DNA from: an uncultured Dehalococcoidia bacterium
GTDB taxonomy: Bacteria > Chloroflexota > Dehalococcoidia > UBA2247 > RBG-13-53-26
DNA length: 57,303 bases
NCBI GenBank assembly: GCA_964617695.1
Contig: CAZTYW010000005.1
Coordinates: forward strand, 1 to 57,303
Direction: 5' to 3'
Part shown: one piece after another, positions 29,352-39,292 of the stretch
Layout of the letters: every line of letters begins with the position of its first letter
Numbering within the stretch: position 1 is the stretch's first letter
Notes under the pieces: model-generated
The model's input: only the letters and a program-made list of their open reading frames with translations
What the model was told of the DNA's origin: nothing
Database searches by the model: none
Program-made: the position numbers and the translations under genes

Positions 29352-30803
29352 TCATGAGCTGTGAATGTGTCGGTCCTGGTTGCGCTGGAATCGGCAGTAT
29401 TCTGTCGTCCTCTTGACAGCTCTGGCTGCTCTGTCGAAAGTCGGGAAGCTTGGTATTCCGGCTTCTATCAGCCTCGGTCTTATCTGGGACGCCTGCGCTT
29501 CCAGTTGTCCTGCGATCAGGACGACGGCGAAGCTCTTGGCACACGTTGTTCTGAAGTCGCTCATGATCCCGAGCAGTTCGTCGAGATAGGGGGGATAGTA
29601 TTCCCAGATCTGAGATAAGAACGGGATGCACAGCTCAAGCACCACGACGTCGATGTTGTCATCCTGGCTCAGGATGTCCAGGGACCTCACCAGGTCCCCG
29701 GTGGAAAGCACGTTCCACGATATGTCGAGGGGATTCAGGTAGCTTCCGCCTATGATGTTGAAAAAGGAGGCAAACTCGCGGTAGGAACGATCGGTGAGGA
29801 GAGGGACCGACAGACCTTGCTGGGTGAAGGCGTCGGCTATGACCACCGACTGCCCCCCACTATGTGCCATCAGCGCCACTCTGTTGCCCGAAGGCGGGTC
29901 AAGGTAGAGCAACGCTTCTACAGCGTCAATCATTTCCTCCAGGCTGTCGACCCCGATCGCCCCGCACTGCTTGATGACGGACTCCCACATGACCGCAGGG
30001 GACGCCAGGGCGCCGGTGTGTGACGCGGCTGCGCGAGCCCCTTCCATAGTCTTGCCTCCAATCCAGACTAGCACCGGTTTGTTGCTGGCCGTCTCCCTGA
30101 GGCACTCGAAGAATCTCCTGCCGTCCTTGACCCCTTCTACATACATGCCGATAATTGTGGTTTCCTCGTCATTGGCCAGGTACTCGAGGTAATCCGTGCT
30201 GTCAAGGATCGTCCCGTTACCGAAGCTCACAGACTTGCTCACCTTGATTCCGTGAGCCGCTCCCACCAGGCTGAAGAAAATGGCATGTGTGCCGCTTTGG
30301 GAAATGAAGCCGACGGGCCCTCCTTCGCCCCAGTACTGGTTGATATCGTGTCGCAGCCCGATCTTCGGATTGAAGATTCCCATGCAGTTGGGGCCGATCA
30401 GGTTGAGATTGGCCTCACTGGCCATGGCGGCGATTTCGCGTTCCAGCCTTGCTCCTTCCTCGGTGTTGGTCTCGGAAAAGCCGGAGGTGAACAGAGCCGC
30501 CCCGGCCACCTGTTTCTTGATGCAGTCGCCGATGATCTTTGGGGCTGCTGTCCTCGGGACCGCAACGATCACGTAGTCGACCGGCTGCTGAATATCGAGC
30601 AGGCTGCTGTAGTTCTCGATGCCCAGGCCCTCAATTCCGGGTATCTCGTTGGGGTCGATCTGAACTGAGTACACTTCCCCTTTGAAGTTGCTCAGGCATC
30701 GGAGCCACATGTAGTCGTTGGCCAGCTTGTCGCCTACGACGGCGACTGACCGTGGATTGAAAGCCCTATCGAGTCGTCTGGCTGTTTGCAGCAAGGGCTT
30801 CAC
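29352..30803 (-). CDS. Acyl-CoA synthetase (NDP-forming) alpha-type subunit: CoA-binding plus ligase domains
   Basis: NPRSVAVVG, GPNCMG, SQSG and ASHTGALA (phospho-His) motifs; no ATP-grasp domain. Confidence 0.88.
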   Translation of the reverse strand: MKPLLQTARRLDRAFNPRSVAVVGDKLANDYMWLRCLSNFKGEVYSVQIDPNEIPGIEGLGIENYSSLLDIQQPVDYVIVAVPRTAAPKIIGDCIKKQVAGAALFTSGFSETNTEEGARLEREIAAMASEANLNLIGPNCMGIFNPKIGLRHDINQYWGEGGPVGFISQSGTHAIFFSLVGAAHGIKVSKSVSFGNGTILDSTDYLEYLANDEETTIIGMYVEGVKDGRRFFECLRETASNKPVLVWIGGKTMEGARAAASHTGALASPAVMWESVIKQCGAIGVDSLEEMIDAVEALLYLDPPSGNRVALMAHSGGQSVVIADAFTQQGLSVPLLTDRSYREFASFFNIIGGSYLNPLDISWNVLSTGDLVRSLDILSQDDNIDVVVLELCIPFLSQIWEYYPPYLDELLGIMSDFRTTCAKSFAVVLIAGQLEAQASQIRPRLIEAGIPSFPTFDRAARAVKRTTEYCRFQRNQDRHIHSS

Positions 30804-31151
30804 CTCTGGTGCTTACAGGATTTGCCTGCCGGTCCCCTCGGGCCTATCGCCATCGGTCGGCGCTGACCGGTCGGTGGCCGTTTGCCACCCATCCGCTGTT
30901 CTTTGACCGCGGATGGCGAGCGCTATGGTGGCGCTTGCGGGGCCGTCCACTGGCCGAAGACGTACTTGGGCTATTATAGCATTGGGCGGCTTGCCGGGTC
31001 ATGGCCCGCCCGTTTGTACCCCGCGGCTGGTCCTGGTGGCGACGGCGGCGGATGTCCTCCCGTGAGATGTCTGGGAACACGCGCCCGCTGTTTCCAGACG
31101 ACGCACGCGTTGTCTGGGGGCGCGCAGAAGAGTCCGGAGCCTCTTGACGCC

Positions 31152-32534
31152 TCAGCCTGGCCTGGTGAACCTGGAAATCAGGTCTTCAAGCTGGAGCAGC
31201 AGGGTCATGTCGCCCTCTATCTTGAGTTTGCCCTCTGTCCAGGCGTTGAAGCGTTCAAGCTCTCCCCTCTGGATGGCAGCCCAGTCCTCGGCTGACACGA
31301 TGAGCGTGCAATTCGGGTTCTCCACGGTGCCCTCGTGGCGAGAACCCTCACCCCGATCACATAACAGGTACCAGTCGCTGCCGCCCGTTCCGGTGAGGTG
31401 AAACTGCACGGTGACGGTCACATCCTCGACTCTGGTGGCCTGCCTGGGTGGGGCTCCGGGGGCCGGCAGATCGAGCAGGGTCGCCAGCCTTTGGGTAGAG
31501 ACGTTGTTGTGCTCGGTGGCATCTCCTGGCACGGCGATCCCCATCTTCTTGAAGTTCTTGAATATCTTGAGCATGATTATCCCGAACCCGAAGGCTGCCA
31601 GGACTTCGTTGTAGAACAGGTTCTTGACCTTGAACCCGGTGAGCTCCTCGTAGCGCTGCACGGTCTCTTCCCTGTTGGGAGTGCCCTCCAGGCGGGGAAT
31701 CCCGTATCCAATGGTGTGCTGCCAGTCGAGGAAGAAGAACCAGCCCAGATCGGCCTCAGGGTCTCCCAGGTAGGCCATCTCCCAGTCCAGCACGCCCACC
31801 ACGTCAAAGTTGTCCTGGTTGTACATGGTGTTGGGTATTCGGGGGTCTCCCCAGCACAGAGTCACCCTCTCCGGCTCATACCGGTGCTCCTTCAGCCATT
31901 CCAGGGCGGCTTCAAGGATGGGCTGAGATTCCTGAGGGGACTCCTTCACCCAGTTGAGGTACCGCTCGTTGTATTCGAGCCGGCGATCAATTGGGTCTGC
32001 GCCTGCCTTGGGCACGCCCAGGAAGGAGAACCCCAGACTCTTCCAGTCGAGTTTGTGAATTCTGGCTATGGACTCGAGGGTGCCCCACCACATCTTGGCC
32101 CGCTGTTCGGGGGTGGCGTTGAAGAACACCCCGAAGGAGTGATAAGGGGGGTACTCGGGTGGAACAACTCCCTCCAGCTTGCCCATGACATAGAACTGAC
32201 TACCGAGTATGGTCTCATCGTTCTCCAGCCACAGGACGCTGGGCACGGCGATGCCCTCCGGCTGCAGCAATTCCATGGTACGGAACTGCGCACTCAGGTC
32301 GTATTCGGGGAATATCGGGTAGTCCTTGGGTGGACAGCGTAGTACCATCCCCTGGCATCTGGGAGTGCCGGCCTCCTGCCAGCTCACGTCAAAGACGAAG
32401 CTCTCATTCGACAGCCCGCCCCCCGACCTCTCCAGGTTCGATACGGTCAGGTCCTGTGCCTGGGGCATCTGCTTTTGCAGCCAGGACGCAATCTTGACCT
32501 GCGCCTCGGCCAGGTCTATGTGACGTGCCTGCAT
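31152..32534 (-). CDS. APH-family phosphotransferase (ACAD10/11-kinase-like) fused to an SCP2 sterol/lipid-binding domain
   Basis: GGLSNES, FYVM, CWGDPR and LDWEMA motifs. C-terminal VQFHLTG.GG.DWY...NAWTEGKLKIEGDM..LLQL matches SCP2. Confidence 0.88.
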   Translation of the reverse strand: MQARHIDLAEAQVKIASWLQKQMPQAQDLTVSNLERSGGGLSNESFVFDVSWQEAGTPRCQGMVLRCPPKDYPIFPEYDLSAQFRTMELLQPEGIAVPSVLWLENDETILGSQFYVMGKLEGVVPPEYPPYHSFGVFFNATPEQRAKMWWGTLESIARIHKLDWKSLGFSFLGVPKAGADPIDRRLEYNERYLNWVKESPQESQPILEAALEWLKEHRYEPERVTLCWGDPRIPNTMYNQDNFDVVGVLDWEMAYLGDPEADLGWFFFLDWQHTIGYGIPRLEGTPNREETVQRYEELTGFKVKNLFYNEVLAAFGFGIIMLKIFKNFKKMGIAVPGDATEHNNVSTQRLATLLDLPAPGAPPRQATRVEDVTVTVQFHLTGTGGSDWYLLCDRGEGSRHEGTVENPNCTLIVSAEDWAAIQRGELERFNAWTEGKLKIEGDMTLLLQLEDLISRFTRPG

Positions 32535-32587
32535 GTCGTCTCTCCTTTCCCCGGTCTGGTTTTACGGTACAGCCCTTCCTCGTCGGA

Positions 32588-33682
32588 TTAGTATCCCTGG
32601 TAGCCATACCTGGGATACTTCCCAACGACAACCATCTCGACGATGCCGTAGCCGACCTCATCGCCGCAGCGCATCTCGCACATGACGTCGTCGATGAAAG
32701 AGACGTCACGTATCACATTCGGGTCGGTCAGGTCCAGCTTGAGACCGTCCAGGAAGTAAGGGCCCATCCACAGCCCGTGGACAAATCCCTGGTAGCCGAA
32801 ATAGCCACCTGCCTTGATGTAGCAAACGCTGAGCGGGCGCACCGATATCTCTATTCTGGAGCCATCGTCGGCGTTGAGAGCGACCTCACCTCCATTGATC
32901 TGCCGTACGTCGGAGCGGAAGCGGTAATTGTGTTTGACGCTGGTCACCTCAAGCTCTTCTTTCCCGCTTCCACAGGGATAGAAAATGCCGCCGCTGAAAT
33001 GGCGGGACTTCTCTTCCCACGTCTCCCGTGTGTGGTAGGTGGCACCCCACTCCTCGAACTGCGCCACGAGCATGTTATACAGGTAGCCCTCCGGGATGTC
33101 GCCGGGCTGCACCCCCGTTTCCGGCACGCCGCCGCCCCGCCTGATACCCCATGAGTGATCCCTTTCAGCCCGCCAGCTATCCCTGTCGATCTGGTACGTC
33201 TTGCCTTCGATTTTGGCCGAGCCGAGTGGCCTTCCTACCTGGAAATAGCGCTTTATGTTCTCCTCCATCCTGCCGCGAAAACGGGCAACCTGTGATTCCT
33301 CCTCGTGGGCGTACATGGTCGCCTCAAACTCAATGTCGTAGCTCAGCCCGTGCTCGTTGTCGTCCAGGACCCACCGCACCTTCCGAAGCGGTTCGAGTAT
33401 CTCGTAGGAGAAGGGGCCTACCCTGACCTCGTCTACCTGGGGACGAAGTTCGCGGGATGCCCTGACGTTATACTGTGTCTTGCCTTCGACGGCGCAGCAG
33501 GCAAAGGCGTCGATGACGTTGCGGTTTGGGTAGAACCCGAAGCCGGACACGAGTTGCAATTTCCCGGAGATATCGTGGGCACAGAACCATAGCCTCTCTG
33601 TCCATTCCCGGGCGCTGGTCTCGACGCTGTCGAAGGTAGCTACGATTTGATGGCACGGAAGCTCGTCGTACTTGGTGAGCAT
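32588..33682 (-). CDS. Hypothetical beta-rich protein of the type found beside APH kinases in lipid/steroid degraders
   Basis: WTERLWF, GFYPNRNVIDAF and ERDHSWGIR motifs; GGGGG RBS; operonic with the APH-SCP2 gene. Confidence 0.7.
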   Translation of the reverse strand: MLTKYDELPCHQIVATFDSVETSAREWTERLWFCAHDISGKLQLVSGFGFYPNRNVIDAFACCAVEGKTQYNVRASRELRPQVDEVRVGPFSYEILEPLRKVRWVLDDNEHGLSYDIEFEATMYAHEEESQVARFRGRMEENIKRYFQVGRPLGSAKIEGKTYQIDRDSWRAERDHSWGIRRGGGVPETGVQPGDIPEGYLYNMLVAQFEEWGATYHTRETWEEKSRHFSGGIFYPCGSGKEELEVTSVKHNYRFRSDVRQINGGEVALNADDGSRIEISVRPLSVCYIKAGGYFGYQGFVHGLWMGPYFLDGLKLDLTDPNVIRDVSFIDDVMCEMRCGDEVGYGIVEMVVVGKYPRYGYQGY

Positions 33683-33934
33683 AAGGACCCCCTTTTTTGT
33701 CGAAGATGTTGCCGAGACAAGGTGTTGCGTCAGCGTCTCAGCGCAACTACCGGACTAGCGTGGCCGTCGGCCGATGTGGTTCTGTCTTCGTCCATTCTCC
33801 GGTGCCGCTGACAGTACCTGCATCAGGCCCGACTTCGCCATGCGGACGCAGGACCGGTCGTGCATGGAGTATGGATGCCACTGCGCAGAAGCCACGATCT
33901 CATAAAAGCAAGACTGGCTGCCACCGTTTCGCTA

Positions 33935-34022
33935 ACAGCAGCAGCCCAGCCATCATAGCCTGTCGGCCTTAGACCCGTGGCTTTGCGCCCCCTGATTTGT
34001 CAGGGTTTGCCCTTTTCACCGT
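33935..34022 (-). ncRNA. Cyclic di-GMP-I (GEMM) riboswitch
   Basis: Minus strand AAGGGCAAACCCTGACAAATCAGGGGGCGCAAAGCCACGGGTCTAAGGCCGACAGGCTATGATGGCTGGGCTGC shows the GGCAAAC, GCAAAGC and CTAA...TATG receptor motifs. Ends approximate. Confidence 0.88.
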
Positions 34023-34057
34023 TGCCTATTAACTTGTTGCGCCCTCTACGCAGTAGC

Positions 34058-34087
34058 GTTATACCGCCTCCAGCTAGCAAAAGTCAA
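34058..34087 (-). promoter_or_regulatory. sigma70 promoter driving the riboswitch leader
   Basis: Minus strand TTGACT-N18-TATAAC, about 30 nt upstream of the aptamer. Confidence 0.7.
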
Positions 34088-34117
34088 GTCCTATAAGCTG
34101 TGGGCCGCAATGTCGGA

Positions 34118-34768
34118 TCAGATAAGATTCAAGAGGTCAGTGGGCTTCTCAATCAATGCCCTGGCGCCGCTGGCTGCAAGTTCGTCGCCACTGCGAAAGC
34201 CCCACAGCGCGCCGACGGGGTACATGCCAGCCGCGAGGGCGGTTTTCATGTCTGTGTCTCCGTCGCCCAGATAGATGAATTTGCCTGGCGGGATATTGAG
34301 ACGTTCTGCTATCTGAAGAGCAGCCGCAGGGTCGGGCTTCCTTGGGATGGAGGCCTGGGCGCCTATCACCGGCGAGAACTCCCAGCATGGCAGAAGGTGA
34401 GACACAGCCAGTCTGGTGAAATTGTCCGGCTTGTTGGACAGGATGGCCATCTTCACGCCCCTGGCGGTCAGGCCGTCCAGCAGTTCCGGGATGCCGTCGT
34501 AGGCGCGGGTCTTGTCTGCCCAGCGCTTGCGGTACTCCTCACGAACAGCGGCGACCAGTCTGACTACCGTGACCGTGTGGCGCTGGTCATCCGGGAGCGC
34601 CTGGAAGGCCAGTTCCTCGACGCCGTCGCCGATGAAGTACTTATAGGCCTCGACGTCATGCCCCGGAAAGCCGAGACGGTCAAGCCCGATGTTCACGGAG
34701 TCGGCTATGTCTTCCAGTGTGTCCAGAAGAGTGCCGTCCAGGTCGAACACAACTGCTCTATACTTCAT
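34118..34768 (-). CDS. HAD-family hydrolase (phosphoglycolate phosphatase-like)
   Basis: [18 protein letters not shown] and GDGDTD motifs. Confidence 0.9.
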   Translation of the reverse strand: MKYRAVVFDLDGTLLDTLEDIADSVNIGLDRLGFPGHDVEAYKYFIGDGVEELAFQALPDDQRHTVTVVRLVAAVREEYRKRWADKTRAYDGIPELLDGLTARGVKMAILSNKPDNFTRLAVSHLLPCWEFSPVIGAQASIPRKPDPAAALQIAERLNIPPGKFIYLGDGDTDMKTALAAGMYPVGALWGFRSGDELAASGARALIEKPTDLLNLI

Positions 34769-35003
34769 GCAGACACCGTTGCTGCCTGACGCGAGTCATG
34801 GCTGGCTGGACTATTGGCCTGGCTGGGTGGCCGGGACAGATTCTAGCTTTTGTTCTGGCAGTTGTCCAACCCGTCGCTTGCCTGGTCGGCGGAGGCTCGT
34901 TCGGGTGTCCTTTGAACGAGGGTTCAGTTTGCGTTTGCTGGCACCCTGCTGTGCTATAATCAACGCCATATCTCCCCACGGGACAGCGCCTGGAGGAAGG
35001 AAG

Positions 35004-35696
35004 ATGAACCCTGACCACATCATCTATGTCAGTGACCTGCACAAGACGTATGACACCGGCAAGTTCAAGGTTCACGCCCTGAGGGGCGTCGACTTCACCG
35101 TAGACCGGGGAGAAATGGTAGCCATAATGGGGCCCAGCGGCTGTGGCAAGACCACTCTGCTCAACTGCCTGTCTGGGTTGGATGATATTGATCGGGGCGA
35201 CGTGATCGTCGAGGGTGTGCGGCTTCATGAGATGTCAGACAGTGTGCGTACGGACTACCGGGCTCGCCGCATGGGGTTCGTCTTCCAGTTGTATAACCTG
35301 TTGCCGGTACTCAGTTCTGTGGAGAACGTGGAGTTGCCCCTGCTGGTCTCCGGAGTGCAGCCGGCGAAGAGTCGCCGTCTGGCCCTGGAAGCTCTGGACA
35401 TGGTGGGGCTCCCGGAGGTGGCAGACCGGATACCTGCTGAGCTATCCGGGGGGCAGCGCCAGCGGGTCACCATAGCCAGGGCCCTTGTCAACCGCCCGGC
35501 CATAGTATGGGGCGACGAGCCCACCGGGGACCTGGACAGTGAGACCACGGCCGATATCATGGATTTGCTTTGCCGGTTGAACAAGGAGAATCAGCAGACG
35601 TTTGTCCTGGTCACTCACTCCCGTGACGTAGCGGAGCGGGCTGACCGCATCGTCAGGATGCGGGATGGGCTCATTATCGGGGAAGGCCTGGCGTGA
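35004..35696 (+). CDS. ABC transporter ATP-binding protein (LolD/MacB-like)
   Basis: [16 protein letters not shown] and GDEPTGDLD motifs; start re-called to ATG 35004. Confidence 0.93.
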   Translation: MNPDHIIYVSDLHKTYDTGKFKVHALRGVDFTVDRGEMVAIMGPSGCGKTTLLNCLSGLDDIDRGDVIVEGVRLHEMSDSVRTDYRARRMGFVFQLYNLLPVLSSVENVELPLLVSGVQPAKSRRLALEALDMVGLPEVADRIPAELSGGQRQRVTIARALVNRPAIVWGDEPTGDLDSETTADIMDLLCRLNKENQQTFVLVTHSRDVAERADRIVRMRDGLIIGEGLA

Positions 35697-38653
35697 ACGA
35701 ACTCTTCGGCATCTCAATCACCACCATAGCTCAGGTCTTGCTGGGCATATTCGTCGTCGTTCTGGCGCTGGTAGGGGTGCTGGCCTGGCGAAATCGAATA
35801 ATGCTCAAGCTGGGCGTGCGGAATATCCCCAGACGCCGTGCCCAGACGGCTCTGATCATCGTGGGCCTCATGCTGAGCACGGTCATCATCACCAGCGCCT
35901 TCGGCACCGGTGATACCATGGTCCATACCATCCGGTCGCTGGCGGTGCGCTCTCTGGGCAGCACTGATGAGGTTGTCACCGGTGGCAGTCTCGGTGCTGC
36001 GGGTAGCTTCCCGTACTTCGATTCCGTGCAGTTCGAGGAGCTCCGCGATGGTCTTTCCGCTGATGACAGGATAGACGGCCTGCTTCCTGCCATCCAGGAG
36101 GCGGCGCCTGTGGTGCCAACGGGGAGTGCCCAGGATGCTTCCCGTGTCACAGTGTTCGCACCTGATGCCGAATACTATTCGGGTTTCCAGGAGATGACTA
36201 CGGAGCAGGGCCAGGTGGTCACACTGGATGACCTGGGTGACGACGGGGTGTACCTGGACAGGGACGCAGCCGACGACCTTGGGGTGGGGCCCGGGGACAG
36301 GCTCCTGGTCTACCTGGGACAACAGCCTGCCGAAGTCGGCTTGAGCGCGATTGTAGAGGAGACTTCAGCAGGCACCGTATCGGTGATGGTCATGCCGCTG
36401 TCCAGGGCTCAACAGCTCCTTGGCAGAGAGGGGCAGATCAACGCCATACATGTGTCCAATAGGGGTGGATCGGTAGAAGGGGCGGCACTCAGCGATGAGG
36501 TCACAGCCGGACTGGAATCTCTTCTCGAGGGCACCGGCCTGGGAGTTGAGCCGGTGAAAAAGGATGCGCTGGAGGGCGCGGATACAGCGGGCAGCGTGTT
36601 CACCACAATATTTGTCGGATTCGGGTTGTTCTCTATCACCGCGGGTCTACTCCTCATATTCCTGGTCTTTGCCTTGCTGGCTGCAGCGCGGAAGTCGGAG
36701 ATGGGCATGGCACGGGCGGTGGGGACCAGGCGACACCACCTGATTCAGATGTTCGTGTTTGAAGGCACGGTCTACGACCTGGGTGCTGCGGCAGTAGGGG
36801 TGGTTCTGGGTGTACTGGTGACCTATGCGATAGCCGGTATCATGGCCAGCGCCTTTGGCAATACTCCGCTGGACCTGGCCTACCACTTTGAGCCCACGAG
36901 CCTGGTAGTGGCGTTCACTCTGGGTATGCTGGTCACCTTTTTCACCGTCGCCGCGGCGGCCTGGAGGGTCAGCCGGCTGAACATAGTCAGGGCCATCAGG
37001 GACATCCCCGAGCCTCGGCTGGAGAGGGTTGGGCGGCGATGGCTGTTCCTGGCGCTCGGACTGCTCTTTGCGGGACTGATGTTGGTCTTCGGTGGACTCG
37101 GCACCGAACAGGCCTCGCCGCTGTACCTGGGGGTCTCGCTGCTCATCATAGGTCTGGCGGTGTTGCTGCGCTGGATGGGGCTGAGTGAAAGAAGAGCGTT
37201 CACCCTGGCAGGCATCGCCCTTCTCGTCTGGTCGCTCCTGCCCATAGACGTGGTCAAGTTCTTGAGCCAGCTTGGGATGGGGATTGAGATGTTCTTCCTC
37301 ACCGGTATCATGATGGTCCTCGGCGCCGTGTGGGTGGTCACCTACAACATGGACCTTTTGCTGCGCCTGCTCACGTTTGTCCTGGGGAGGTTGAAGGGTG
37401 CAGTGCCGGCATTGAGGACGGCTATCGCCTATCCGGCGAACAACCGCCTGCGCACTGGACTGACGCTGGCCATGTTCTCACTGGTGATATTCACCATTGT
37501 CTTCATGTCGGTAGTGGTCACCGCCAGCACAGCCGCTCTGGAAGACGTCGAGTCCTTCTCAGGCGGCTACGACATTTGGGGTACTGTCAGCTACAACAAC
37601 CCGATTCCAGACATGCAGGCCGCTATTGCCGCGGCCCCTGGGCTCGACTCCGATGACTTTGAGGCTGTTGCCAGCCAGGCAGTGGTACCTCTGGAGGTGC
37701 GCCAGTCCGGGGTTGCAGGTGCCGAGTGGAACGACTATGTGGTGCAGGGCGTAGATGACGTGTATCTGGATACTAACGGTTTCGATTTCGCTGTCATGGC
37801 TGCGGACTACGGTTCCGCCAGTGAGGTGTGGCAGGCGGTCAAGGAGAACCCCGGACTTGCGGTGGTCAGTGCTGACGCTGCGCCGTCGCGAAGCCAGTTC
37901 GGTGTGACAGTGGGCGGGCCGGGCTTTCGCCTGGAAGGGGTCTACCTCGATGATGACGTCATGGCTCCCACAGACGTTGAGGTCAGAGGAGCCTTCACGG
38001 GTATAGACACGGTCGTCACTGTCATTGGCGTTCTCGAGGCGGTAAGCTTCAACTTCGGCATTTACGCTTCTCAGGAGACTCTATCTGGGGCAGCCGGCAT
38101 CGCGGTTCCGCCGACGACATACCTGTTCAGGCTGAGGGAAGGGGTGGACGCGGAGGCGACAGCCGAGGCCATCGAGTCTGAGTTTCGGGCAAACGGCATG
38201 GAGGCAGTGTCGATCGAGGAGATGCTTGATGAGGCCCGTGAGACCAGCTTCACCATCAACTCCCTGCTCCAGGGCTTCATGGGGCTTGGTCTGATCGTCG
38301 GCATTGCTGCCCTGGGCGTGATCAGCACCAGGGCAGTGGTGGAGAGGCGCCACGAGATAGGCGTCCTGAGGGCCATCGGCTATCAGCGACGGACAGTACA
38401 GCTCAGCTTCCTCCTGGAGTCTTCCTTCGTGGCACTCCTGGGTGTCTTCATCGGGGCGGCACTGGCGCTGGCCCTGTCGAGCAATGTCATAGACTTCTTG
38501 AAGGAGGACATACAGGGCCTGGAGTTTCAGATACCCTGGCTTCAGACGTTTGTTATTGCTGCGGTAGCGCTGGTCGCTTCCCTGCTGATGACCTTCCTCC
38601 CTGCGCGGCAGGCATCCAGGACCTGTCCTGCTGAAGCTCTGCGGTACGAGTAG
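35693..38653 (+). CDS. FtsX/MacB-like ABC exporter permease (duplicated architecture)
   Basis: Two RKSEMG/RRHEIG..RA.G motifs, multiple transmembrane segments and a C-terminal PAEALRYE. Confidence 0.9.
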   Translation: MNELFGISITTIAQVLLGIFVVVLALVGVLAWRNRIMLKLGVRNIPRRRAQTALIIVGLMLSTVIITSAFGTGDTMVHTIRSLAVRSLGSTDEVVTGGSLGAAGSFPYFDSVQFEELRDGLSADDRIDGLLPAIQEAAPVVPTGSAQDASRVTVFAPDAEYYSGFQEMTTEQGQVVTLDDLGDDGVYLDRDAADDLGVGPGDRLLVYLGQQPAEVGLSAIVEETSAGTVSVMVMPLSRAQQLLGREGQINAIHVSNRGGSVEGAALSDEVTAGLESLLEGTGLGVEPVKKDALEGADTAGSVFTTIFVGFGLFSITAGLLLIFLVFALLAAARKSEMGMARAVGTRRHHLIQMFVFEGTVYDLGAAAVGVVLGVLVTYAIAGIMASAFGNTPLDLAYHFEPTSLVVAFTLGMLVTFFTVAAAAWRVSRLNIVRAIRDIPEPRLERVGRRWLFLALGLLFAGLMLVFGGLGTEQASPLYLGVSLLIIGLAVLLRWMGLSERRAFTLAGIALLVWSLLPIDVVKFLSQLGMGIEMFFLTGIMMVLGAVWVVTYNMDLLLRLLTFVLGRLKGAVPALRTAIAYPANNRLRTGLTLAMFSLVIFTIVFMSVVVTASTAALEDVESFSGGYDIWGTVSYNNPIPDMQAAIAAAPGLDSDDFEAVASQAVVPLEVRQSGVAGAEWNDYVVQGVDDVYLDTNGFDFAVMAADYGSASEVWQAVKENPGLAVVSADAAPSRSQFGVTVGGPGFRLEGVYLDDDVMAPTDVEVRGAFTGIDTVVTVIGVLEAVSFNFGIYASQETLSGAAGIAVPPTTYLFRLREGVDAEATAEAIESEFRANGMEAVSIEEMLDEARETSFTINSLLQGFMGLGLIVGIAALGVISTRAVVERRHEIGVLRAIGYQRRTVQLSFLLESSFVALLGVFIGAALALALSSNVIDFLKEDIQGLEFQIPWLQTFVIAAVALVASLLMTFLPARQASRTCPAEALRYE

Positions 38654-39135
38654 TCAAATGCAGTCTGCCGCGGACGGACGACGGTGAAAATGCTGTGTGG
38701 ATTAGGCATATTTGCTCACATCATCGGCCCTTTGCCTAGGTATTAATGCTTATAGCAGGGGTTCGCCATGAGAGTTTTGGGCAGACGACAACAGGCATTA
38801 CGGCGGAAGTCAATAGTCGCACCACGGTGTTACCGTAATCGTAGAACGCGGTGGTGGAGGTAAGAGAGGTGTCAAGATAGCAAGAGGTCCCTCCCTTCCG
38901 CTCCGCTTGTCCCTACATTGCCGCTCTTACCTCCAACCACTCTGTAAATGGTTTGGCGACTTCGGTCAAATCAGTGGATGCGCAGCGAAAGTCGCTACAG
39001 CACCTGGCTCGGCCACAAAGCGTTGCACCGTTCTGTGACATTCGGGTCGCGATCTGAGCGCGGCGTGCATCAACCCGCTAGAGTGGGCAGCCCATCAGGC
39101 TTAGTAGAGGTTGGCTGGCCAGATTGATATCATAC

Positions 39136-39160
39136 AGGCCTATCGAGGCCTTTTCTTTTT
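39136..39160 (+). terminator. Possible intrinsic terminator upstream of acs
   Basis: AGGCCT-atcg-AGGCCT followed by TTTCTTTTT; short stem. Confidence 0.45.
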
Positions 39161-39292
39161 ATGTATGCGCCGGTCGGAATCCGGTAGGAGCTTGCGAGCG
39201 AAGCGAACCATGTGCCTGAATGACGGCAATCTGGCGTTCCGATTGTTGGCTGTCAGACTTGGGCGGTCCCGCTGCCAAAGGAGGGTTACACA

